Shown here piece after piece: positions 53,201 through 64,000 of a DNA stretch of 64,000 nucleotides. The position numbers and the translations under genes were made by a program. How positions within the stretch are numbered: the stretch's first letter is position 1; each line of letters opens with the position of its first letter. A model generated the notes under the pieces. That model had not been told where the DNA came from, did no database searches, and worked only from the letters and a program-made list of their open reading frames with translations. The stretch is from Tubiluchus corallicola (lineage: Eukaryota; Animalia; Priapulida). The stretch lies in assembly GCA_030141605.1 (NCBI GenBank), contig JAQGDQ010000399.1, positions 1-64,000 on the forward strand, written 5' to 3'.

Positions 53201-55685
53201 AGAGATTTGTCAACCTAATGAAAGTGCGGCCCGGGCGATTAATTGGGTGTCCATGCCACGATCCCAAAGATAGTGCGGGTAAGTGCGGGTAGTTTTTTCT
53301 ACTAGATCGGATGCCATTAACACTTACAAGACGGTTGTAGCTTAATAACACTGTACTACACAGACTGTGTGATACATATTACTAATATGCATTGTACTGA
53401 AATTACCAATATCTGTCCTGAAAGTAGAAATATATGGTTTGTAATATAAATTTTAATAACTTCTAAAATAGTTTCTTGAGTGTAGTAGTAATGATGCACG
53501 CAGGTCGGATGCAAAAAAATCGTTATTAGGTCTTTCTGTACTTGGCTCCTTGATCTAACTGCATGTGGCCCGCAGGAATAGCGGAAAAGTTTAATGTGGC
53601 CCGGCTAGTCAGATAATTTGCACACCCCTGTTTTAAGTCGTTTAGTAAGAGATTATACTACAATAACTTGTAAGGTGTTAACTTGCATAAAAAGCAGGAA
53701 CACATTTAAGAGCATCAGTATGTACCTTTGAATGTATGTTGTTTTGTCCAAAATCAAGCTGGACTTCTGCATTATTACATCATAATGATGTGAAATAATG
53801 TCAGTTTTTTTTTGTAAGTCTACGTTTTCTACCATATAACCTGGCATTTGTGCATTCCAACATATAATCACAGTAATTGCATGAGCAATTTCGGTTTCCC
53901 ATGTGTGTATTGGTGTGTATTATACATGATGCATAATCGGATGATGGCGTCATGTGCGAATGAATGCGGATCATGTATCAGGCATTACCGATTCCACACG
54001 TTTAAATACAAACTGTTGTACATGCATTACAGAGCACGGATAATGCACCATGCGTTATGCGCACATGTAAGTGTACAGTGACAGCATTAATACAGAATAT
54101 CAGCAGTAAGTTGATAGTAATGTGTTACCTTTCTTTGCAATAATCAGTAACCTTTTTAGATGGGTAGGTCTGGGAACGTACCACCTGGTACTACTGTGGA
54201 CCACACCATAGTGCATCCTAACGAATTCGACTTTTACCTGTGCTCTCATTATGGAATCCAGGTATTTTGTAAAAATATAGTTATACTCGATATTTTAAAT
54301 AGCAGTTAAGTATAGAAATTGTTTAACCCATTTAATTTCTGATATGGTGGTAATTTACTGGTAAAAAGTTGTATTTTAAGTAGAATTTACAAAAAATATG
54401 TAAACCCATTCAGTGTCTGCTAGTTGTTGTTACTTTTTAACACCTTTAATTAAGAATCATGTCAGTTTTTGCTCAAGTACCTGCACCTTTGTTTTTGAAT
54501 TTCCTTAGCTTTGTTTGCTTGGGAATCTCTTAATTGTTTTGTACTTTGTCAGTTGTTTACTCAAGAATCATGTAATTCTATAACTTTGTGTGTTTTCTCA
54601 TTTAGGGGACAAGTCGACCAGCCAAGTATCAGATTCTCTGGGATGATAACAAATTTACTTCAGACGAAATACAAAAGCTGACTTACCAGTTGTGCCACAC
54701 GTACGTTAGGTGCACTCGCAGTGTGTCTATACCAGCTCCGACGTACTATGCCCACTTGGTGGCATTCCGGGCTCGTTGTCTCGTTGCAGAAAAACAGTAC
54801 AGCAGGTAACTAGAACAGATAGAAAATGAGTTTTTGAAGAAAACTTTGTTTGATAAATGTGTGGACAGGCTTTGAGATTCTTCCTTTTGCATTTCACTCG
54901 CAGAATTAAAAATGTCATGAGTAACAAAAACTTAATTGTGCTTTATCAAAATTTTACATAGATCCTATTCTTGTTAGTCAACAATTTTCGGGTTATTGTT
55001 AATTATTGTGTATCCAGACTAAACGGTTTTCTCGCCAAAAACTGCAAGTAATTCGCAAGCGGGTTCACACTAGAGAGTAATGTCTGCTGCGAGTTACTCC
55101 CTGCAGCAAATGCGAGCAAATCTAGTGACAGATCTTGCTGCAGTATTCAGACTAAAGAGAAATTCATTGTTTCACCAATGATAAATTTTATATTTTTGTT
55201 TTGATTAATGAACCTTTACAGAGTGAACATTGAGGGCTCTAATCTGTGTACACTTGTCGAACTATTTCGTGATTCGTCTATGGCAAAATTTAACTCACTT
55301 CGTTATAAAGCTTAACTCGCCATAATGCCAACTTTTTTCCCTTCCAAAGTGGGTGGTATAAAGAGATTTGACTGTATGTGTTTTGGCCAATCTTGAACAG
55401 AAATAGTATGAACCTACTGCTGTAATCCGTGATAAGTTTGACTTCTAAATCCAGAGAACCAAGTTTTCTTGTGTATATAATTTGATAACATCTTGTTGAC
55501 AGCTACCAATGTTTCCACCCGATATAAATGTTACGACTATTATTTTCAATGTTTTTGAGTGTTCTTGTTTTCTCTTTACTAGTCAAGGTTCTGCTGTTAC
55601 TGCTGGGAGGGAAATACTGATTCCTCTCGAGAAACTACAAGAATTGGTGCAGGCTCACGTCGATCAGGGCATGTACTTTGCATAA
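32212..55685 (+). CDS. AGO: Argonaute (AGO clade), about 961 aa, 20 coding exons, intact slicer tetrad
   Basis: Phase-consistent GT-AG exons: 32212-32254, 32538-32669, 34778-34906, 35692-35926, 36156-36270, 39195-39379, 39552-39691, 41409-41619, 42368-42515, 43156-43275, 45745-45867, 46808-46944, 47995-48179, 49039-49198, 50662-50818, 51818-51943, 52563-52697, 54160-54261, 54606-54805, 55583-55685 (2886 nt). Motifs: [110 protein letters not shown]. The first three exons are the least certain. Confidence 0.96.
36497..37165. mobile_element. hAT-type MITE in an Argonaute intron
   Basis: CAGGGATG...CATCCCTA termini; 8-bp TSD ATACAAAT at 36489-36496 and 37166-37173. Confidence 0.85.
42221..42263 (+). 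repeat. Short degenerate interstitial (TTAGGG)n
   Basis: GGTTAGGGTTAGGGTTGGGTTTGGGTTTGGGGTTAGGGTTAG. Confidence 0.7.
45303..45655. mobile_element. MITE of a CAGGGCCGGATTA-type family; related copies at ~35260-35620 and ~46973-47378
   Basis: Shared CAGGGCCAGATT / TAATCCAGCCTTG ends and internal AATGAAATTATGG, GCTGCAGCCT..TAGCCTA blocks. Confidence 0.6.
48522..48860 (+). repeat. Dispersed repeat; second copy at ~59880-60195
   Basis: TAGGTGG..GCAGGAGACGTG...GTCCTTGGGAGGAGGAA..TAAAATGTACA in both places. Confidence 0.75.
50046..50525. mobile_element. hAT-like MITE
   Basis: CAGTGGCGGCTCGT ... ACAAGCTGCCACTC; near-perfect 8-bp TSD GTAATGAT / GTAATGAG. Confidence 0.7.
53134..53630. mobile_element. 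hAT-type MITE
   Basis: 16-bp TIR CAGGGCTGTGCAAATT / AATTTGCACACCCCTG; perfect 8-bp TSD TTTTAAGT; subterminal GGCCCG repeats. Confidence 0.92.
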
Positions 55686-58600
55686 ATCGTTTCTGAAAAT
55701 TCGCGCCACATGGTAATGAGTGAAGTTGTGCAATGTGCAACTTTAAGAAACGTTAATGAGCCACATTCAGATTATGGAACTAATAAAATCTGACTTCAAA
55801 ACACAAACCACAAAAACTGTTGAAAAGTCAATAAATACAATCGTTGTTTTATCTTTAGAACACAAATGATCGAAATTTAATGAATGTTTCCAGTATCTCA
55901 TTCTAGTGTTTCCTTGCATCGTGAATCTGTGATTACATTATTATTTTCAATACTTTCACACTTACTGATTAGATACTATGTTAGGATGTTGCTAATGGAA
56001 AGTCTTTGCTTTTTTGTTTGTCATCTTGATAAAAACAGACTTTCGACTGGTGTAAATAAACACCTGTATTATGTTTGTACTACATTTTCTATCAGTAAGC
56101 ATTTTTTGTTTATTCCTTATGTCAAAATGATATAACGTGGTATCTTAGTGCTTAGCATATTAATAAGTATTAAATAGTGCCGTGCTTTTTTAATAGCATG
56201 GTATTTAATTTTTGCACTTTTTATGAAAGAATGCTATTTTTATTATATACCTTTTCACCGTGTAATGATTGTAGATGCTGTATAATTATTGGTATTATAG
56301 TCGAGCATCATATTTGGTGTATTAATTCATTAGTTTGCTGTTACATGTAAAATAATGTTTTTGCAACACTTAGAATTATGTTATCCATTTATATACAATA
56401 ATAATTATGCTATATACGTATAAAATATATCGCGTTATTTTTTTCAGTCATTGTTTTGCACATTATTTTGTAATTGTGTGTAATTTTACTAAGAGTTAAA
56501 TTTGCTATGACACTTATTAGCAATTATGTAGTTTGGTTATTGCACAGAAGTGACAGACATTTATACAATTTATTAAGTTTGTTCGTACTGTCGGTACGTG
56601 TATTTGCATTGTAGTCTGAATTTTTAATATCGTAGTTAAAAATTTATTGCTCATTAGTGAATAGTTAACTTTTTCAATGCTATTACTAAAAATTGGGAAA
56701 AAATATATTTTGAAAAAAATATTGTTCATTGAGGTAAAAATAACATTGTAAACTTGAAAATCCTGTAAAATTTTAGTTAAGTGTTAATGAAAGTAAGAAA
56801 GACAGCAGGCTTAAATTAAATAAGATTTATCAGCTGTACCCATTAAGGGTAGCTGACTCAATGACCAATTGGTCTTTCGCTACCCTTTCTCCTGCACCCC
56901 CTTAACTCTTTCCTTTATGCTTAATTTATCCTTTTTAATCAATAACTATAAAAATAATAGTCAATTTGGATACTGGTGTAAATGAGATAAATAAAAATGC
57001 CTATATCTATGTCTGTAACAATCTGTGATTACTATATAGTGATATATAAGCATGTACTAGATGTACCATAAATTTGCCAAAATTTGTTTAAGAAATTCTG
57101 TTAAAAATATAGTTACTTGATTTTACTGTATGATATTCATTCAGAAAAGTACTTTCCGCAAGGAAGTACAACTTCATGAAACAAATTTCAATGTGTTTGT
57201 TTCGATTTTAGTTACCAGTTAAGTTCAGTTTTGTGTTTGCAAAACAATGACAAAATATTCATGAGCTTTTTCCAAGGTTTTAAGCTTTTACCCACACCAG
57301 TACAAGTCAGGCAGTTTTTGGTAACTGACTGAAGTTCACAATTTCCAATACACAAGAAATTAGATCCTGAAGCACATTAGGATTAGGATTAAGGTTAGGG
57401 TATTTAAATTGTGTGGGGAATTGTAAACTCCTTCCTGGCAGTGAGTTAAATCTTCCTTAGCTCTATAACTGAGTTAAAGAGGCACAAGAGTTTGGCTTGC
57501 AAAAATTACTGCATGCGCAGTCTCTATTGCAACTCACCAGAAAAACAAACAAAATTTTGGTGTAACAGATTACAATTATACAAAGTCATTTCTCTCTAGT
57601 GAACAATTATACAAAGTTAGATCACTTCTCTCTAGTGAACAATTACACAAAGTTATCATTTCTCTCTAGTGAAGTCGTGGCTATTACAAGTGCAGTAAGT
57701 GCAGGATTTTGAACAGCAACAAATTTTGTAAATTCCAAGTCGTCTGATAACAAGGTACTACGCTAAACTGACCCTACAATCAAATCTTGATAACAATGGT
57801 AACAAAACAGATATTCAAGAAGCAGTTAATCACACAGATTTAATATTGTTTTATTTCAAAAGACCTACAAAATTCATTGATAAAAAATTTACAAACTAAT
57901 TTAACATCACCCAACATAACATAGACAATATGCAAACACTTAGGCTATAGTGATACACCGACAATTTATACTCCCATTTAATATTAATAATTTTAACACT
58001 ATTTAAAATCTATTTGATTAAGACTCCAGCACCATGTATTTGAATCCATAACCATATTTGACAAATGTAATTAAAGTCACGTAATCCCATTAGCCAGGCA
58101 TTTTTAAACCAGCCTTTTATACCAAAAGTACTGATATACCCAAAAAATTAATTTATAAATAATAGTCAAAGAATAAGCCAAATATATATTCCATGCTATT
58201 TACAAAATAATTTATGATATACAGCCAAACCTCATTATGTCTCTCCTTTACGATGCCAACCTCACTTAACGCTCAATATTTTGAGCAACATTTGCACAGA
58301 CATGTATATATTAATGCACTTCATTATAATGCCAAACTCACTTAATGACAACTTTTTTGCAGTCTCATAGCAAGCGGTATAAAGAGGTTTGACTATATTT
58401 ACCTATAGTAGAAAAATCATCTTTTTATTTTAAATGGTCAGTATTAAATTAATAATTGTTTGGTGAGAAATACTGTACAGTAATTCACAATGAACTACTG
58501 TTCAACAACAATTTTTGTCCATAAATAATTTATTAATTGACTCACTAGTTTTTACAAATCAGATCAAATTAGAATGTTAAACAATTTTGTAATTAATAAA

Positions 58601-58992
58601 CACTATTACAAATTACAATGCTCAATAACTAGCCTTACAACATGATGTTACGTAGTCAGATAGCTAGTGCAACAACTTACAGGATATCAGGAAATGTTTA
58701 AATACCATCACAAATAGATATAAACACATTATTTAATATGTTGATCAATATTTTTTATTTAACATATTTTAAAAATTCTTTCAACTTCTTACTGCCAGAA
58801 GACAAAAAATCAACAAGGTTTTTTGAACAAATAAGTTATGACGCCATTCCCATTGAGAAATCAACATAAACCACGTCGTTCATGCTTTTTTACAGACCTC
58901 AAGAGTTGCAAACAGTGACTTTACTAGTATTAAGATGAATGTTCTTTACGCAAAAATTAAATGCTCTTTCTCAAGGTATTGTCCGTTTTTAC

Positions 58993-61900
58993 CTATTCTT
59001 TTTGGTTCCTTCTGTACAGAGAAGAACAATCAAGAGACACTCGTTAATATCACAATTATTTCCAGCTAACCACTGATTGAGCATATCACTGTCTTAGTCT
59101 GGCAATTTCAGAACGACAAGTACTAAGTGGCGTTTACATGGCATCCGGAGTGCGGATGTGAAATAGATAAAATTCGTTTATATTGTTTTCAATGCACTCA
59201 TTTATCAGGCCTGTGTTATGCATTCTTTTTTGCAGCTATTCCTATTGATTTTTATACGCAGTTATTCTGCAGGTGAATAACGTACAATGCATAACACATT
59301 CCAAATGCCAAGTAAATACCACTTAAATCTCTAACCAGCCTAGCATGCAATGAGTTAAATGCAAGAAGCATTTTTTAACTTCAGGGCTTTCATCAGAAAT
59401 TAGATTTTTCCTTCAAATGTCAGTAGGAACAGGATTTCTGGCTAATAATGTAGTGTTTGTTAAGTTATTTATGCTTCTTTTTTAACCTGTGTTTCTAACA
59501 TAAATTAAATCAGCTCCAGCAAACCTAGCCATAAAATACGAGTGTTCTCAAAGTAAAAGTGTGGCTGAGATATGACAAAATGAACTGGACTACTGCATTA
59601 TGATGTCATAATGATGTAAAGATAATATATTTTTATGTCATTAATCCACTTTACCTACCATATAACTTGGGGATGACCACCCTCACTGCCCTCACTGGAT
59701 TTTGTTCAGTGCAAAATCTATATGGTTATAGGATTTGCTAACTAAAGTACTGTTTCTTTTGGAACAACCTGTATATTTTTGTTAAATAATTCTTGAAAGG
59801 TTTTATAAATGCTGCTACTTTACAAACAGGACTAAAACAGTATTAGAGTCCACGGTCATATAACGATATCAAGCTTAGGGTAGGTAGGTGGCAGGAGACG
59901 TGATAACGCCATTATAACTCAAGGTAGGTAGGTAATTTAGTCATGACATCGTTAGTTTTCATGCGTGCGTGCCAGCAGCAGATGATGCTACAAGGGTGCA
60001 GCCATTTTACTAATTCCACCAGCTGCCATTTTTATCAATTTCTCCTCGAAATCTCAGTGCGCTGTGTTTGTTTGCGACAATTGGGTTACCACCGCCTTTA
60101 CAGCCGATGCCACTATAATCCATTGATGGTTTGCCGTTAATTAACACAAGTGAAGTTGCTGACTGTCCTTGGGAGGAGGAAGAATAAAATGTACAAAAAG
60201 CTACATTCGTGTCATATTGATATCAGTATAAAGGGTAGGTAGGTGGTGGCACATATGATAACACCATTATAATACAAGGTAGGTAAGTCCTCGAAATCGG
60301 CCGAAAACTTGATATCATTACATATGGATGGCCCTTTAGTCTTTAACAACGATAAAGGAGTACACAAATCTAACATTTTTTCTAGATCTTCAATAACACA
60401 CGATTACATCATCGATGAAAATAGATTTATAGGGTACACAACAGACGTCAGTTTCATAACTTTTACCTAAATAATAACAAACAAATATCACAAATACACA
60501 TCCTACTGTCACCTTCTCTTCTTTCTTGTCATTTTTATTTTCTTTGCTTCTTCCTCCAGTTTCATATCTGTCAGATCTTCCAATTTCCCCAGCCGTGTAC
60601 TAAAAATTGAGTGAAAGCAAAAAATAATAATAAATAAAATAAGCAAAGATGAAAAGAACAAATTAATCTACAATGCAACAAAAACATTGAATGCTTGCAG
60701 CAGGAAGTGAACGCTGGCAAACATTTTATTAAACATTTTATCAAAAATTATTTTGCTCATAAATGTAGCAGTAATAAGAATATAAAGATTATTGCACAAC
60801 ACGCATTATCATGTTTATAAAATTAACCTAATACAGAACGAACAAACTTAACCTTCAAGATAATCCGTGAAAATCAATCGGGGCACATGTCAATAAATAA
60901 CTTTCGCTATCTAGAATGGCATAAAAATTAGTTGCAAGAATCAATTAAGTTTAATCTGGTTCCAATAAATGAAAAGCAATGACATTTAATTTGCAACTAT
61001 ATAGAAGTTAGCTTCTGCAAAATAGAAAAAAAACATAATAGACAACATTGAGAGCAACCGCACAACCGTTTAAATTGCAAATTTAGTTGTAGGTAGCACG
61101 AATCAAAGCTACATGTACTGACTTGTAGACAAGTTCATGACAAGGTTTGCAGTAAGAAATAAATGCAGGAAATTTACCATATTTACTGCTGTACTACTAT
61201 TACCTAACTTGCTAGCTTACCTTCGAGCTTCCTCTTTCATTTGCTGAGTAAAACTAGATTCCATATTGTAATCATCGTCATCTGACTCGTATCTGTACCT
61301 AAATAATCATTAAAAAGTTTAATGTCAAACTCGCGTGTACTTTTTCCACCCATAAACATGCTGTTAAGTGTAGCAATGCTGCATTTCCTGCTAAATTTCT
61401 CCACGGCTGCTTCTATGTGGCACTCTATTCCATTCTCTGTTTCTCTAGATACCTAGCCAGCTTGATAGAAACTTGACAGTGCCCTCATATGTAAAGGTTC
61501 GGCTATATGCAATCACACTGTCAGCTTTTTTTACATAACCCATAATACATGTTATTTACTCTTTTTCTAATTTCAGTAAATGAATGATCTTTCACCTATT
61601 ACCTTATTAGAATACCACTTCAGAAAAAATCGATTGCTAATTCTACTTACCGGTTTCTATCGTAGCCAAATATTTCAGTAATGTACTTGGACACATCTTG
61701 CTCATTAACCTCTCCCTCTTCGTCACAAATGAAGTCGTCCATGTCTGAGTCCCACTCTTCCTCTTCCTCATCTTCCGTCTCTTCCAAATACGGATTTCGG
61801 AAAGCTGGAGTTTTAAAAACTGCACATTATGAAATACCAATCAGTAGGGTTTGCAAATCGAATGGCTAATTAAGCTAAAAGTGGAATCATTATCATTAAT

Positions 61901-64000
61901 TTGTCATCATTATAACAGAAAGGGCAGGTAAATAGACAATTGTGTTTTCTGGCTCCCTCCAAAATTATGCCAGTATACACGTGCATGCATGCAGGCACAC
62001 ACACATATAAAACACTACATTCTTGTATTACATCAATTCTTGCGTCAGTTCAAAATTTTTATTCCAGGAGCTGGAATTATCATGTATTTTTATTAACTGC
62101 TCAGACTCAGTTTAGTAAAAGGTTCTGGTTCAACACCTGAAAAACTGAAAAAACGAAATGGTGCGATAGGGTTTGTTTTGCCATTTCCGAAGTTTCTTAC
62201 ATCAGTACAAACACTAACAAATTGTATGATAAAACAAAACTCTGCAGTTTCCTAAATCTACCACAAAAAAAACAAAAGCTTGGAATTGTCTCTTTTTTCT
62301 GTAAGCACAACTGTATGTCATTTTTCTATGCAATTAAGAACCAAAACAACAAAAAAAAGAGAAACCTCTTTACCTCCTCTTTTATAGTAAGCACCAATGG
62401 GTGGAAGATCCTTCGATACGCCTCTCTTATACACTTTGCCGATCGGTGGTAGTTTTCTTGGTTTACCATCAACCAAATTTGGTTTTTGAGGAATACTATT
62501 ATCAACAATCTTGGCATTTTGTTCTTTTAACCTTGGGGAATTACTATGTTTGAGTCTTGATTGAACATTCGACATTTTCGGGCGCTTTGAGTCAGATAAC
62601 CCTACATCAGAGCCAGTACGCTTAATGGGACTGGGATGATATTCTAGTTGTTTACGTTGTGATGTTCCTTCTTTTTTGGGATGTATTTTCTCTTGGCTGT
62701 CGTTCACTTCTAGAATGTCAATGTCCTTATATTTATGCTTCGTACTTCTGTTGTTTGGTGCCATTTTTCTTGAACTGTGTTCTGAAGCAGACCTTTTTGC
62801 CAGAAGAGCTTCAAGTTCAGCAATTTCCCTCTTCTTGGCTTCTAGCATTTCGTTGATATCGACAGCCTTGTTTTCTAATTCTTGCACTTTTCCAGATTGT
62901 ACACCATAATCCCTATCGACAGAATTATCTCTTTTATGTGATTTCTTTTCGCCACGATGACTAGAAAAACCTGCATGCTTAGTACCGTCAGTCGATTTTG
63001 TTTTTAAGCTACAAACATTGCTCGAAACTTGTTTGTCATTTCTACTGACATCAGATTTCGATGACACAACAGGCTTCTTTTGTTCAAGTTTATTGCTAGA
63101 TTTTCCATGAGACTGTTTGTGAGCTGAATTAAGTCTTAACTGAGAATTAGAAAACGCCTTTAATTTACTACCTGAAGACTGTTCGGAAGCATCATTACCC
63201 GTAGAGCTAATACATTTTTTTGACTTATTATCCTGATGATATTTTGAACTGCTACCGTTAGCACTGCTAGCAACATTTTTTATTCTACCTCCCGACGAAA
63301 GTTTAGAACTGCTGTTACCAGTGCCACTTGTAAACTGTTTGTATTTGTCACTTGAGGAATATTTAGAACTGCTGCTTGTAGAATTGCTCAAAGACTGTTT
63401 TTGTTTGTCACCTGACGAACGCTTAGAAGTATTGGTATTAGAACTACTAGTAGATTCTTTTGGTTTGTCATGAGATGAATGTTTTGAAATGTGGTTGTGC
63501 AATTTGCTACTAGTACTAACACTGGATTTGCGGTGTTTGCTGGCTGTCAAGAAAACTGTAGATGAAATGTTGCTGTCTTTGCCATGCTCCGATTTAGTGG
63601 ACTTTCTGTCTATAGTTGCTTGTCCTTCGCCTTTTCTATCAGTTGAATTGGAAGAACTCACTGAATGCTTGAAAATTTCTTTCTTTTCATACCTGTCTTT
63701 TGCTTGTTTTTCATGCTCTCTCCGACTTGAATCAGCTGGTTTATTTTCTTTAGCAGAGTTTTTACTAGAAGAGAGACTATGAGATCTATCACTTTCTTGT
63801 CTTGATATGTGATTAAATTTGGCACTATCCCCAGACTTGTTAGCCATGCGGCCAGAACGAGATTTACGACTTAATCTTTCCTTATCTCTATTAGTTTTCG
63901 GTACATTTTTGGGGGAATGACATTCTCCACCTTCTGATTCAGATGCAGAGTCGCTAATTTCATGCCGTGTCTGTCTCTCACTGTACCTGTCTACCTTTAA
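58993..64000 (-). CDS. SPT2: SPT2 chromatin protein homolog (histone chaperone), 3' part; 5' end lies outside the window
   Basis: Exons >64000-62374 (S/K-rich, open to the window edge), 61819-61651, 61298-61221, 60599-60513, possible last exon 59011-58993. They encode EWDSDMDDFICDEE..DVSKYITEIFGYDRNRYRYESDDDDYNMESSFTQQMKEEARSTRLGKLEDL, the SPT2 C-terminal domain. Confidence 0.88.

Overview
AT-rich, intron-containing metazoan (invertebrate-like) genomic DNA; nothing prokaryotic and no CRISPR. In order: (1) a complete BEL/Pao LTR retrotransposon (1129-8811, minus strand; LTRs identical by eye, 5-bp TSD) nested in the integrase of an older BEL/Pao relic. It has no tRNA primer-binding site but carries a PBS complementary to its own predicted 5' end. 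(2) A tandem cluster of three minus-strand paralogous genes for secreted proteins (CDS 10025-10807, 17050-18360, 21633-23135) sharing a ~140-aa domain I do not recognise, the same promoter layout and a 61-62 nt non-coding exon 1. In each gene the first 26-41 nt of the predicted mRNA are complementary to that gene's own 3'UTR, with paralog-specific covariation and a strong G-U bias. This conserved end-to-end mRNA panhandle is the most striking signal in the window. (3) Two copies of one LINE forming a ~1.13 kb inverted repeat just upstream of (4) a 20-coding-exon AGO-clade Argonaute with an intact DEDH tetrad (32212-55685, +). (5) The 3' part of a convergent SPT2-like gene. MITEs, a SINE, and mini/microsatellites are scattered throughout. 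All exon structures, transcription starts and alignments were derived by eye and are predictions.
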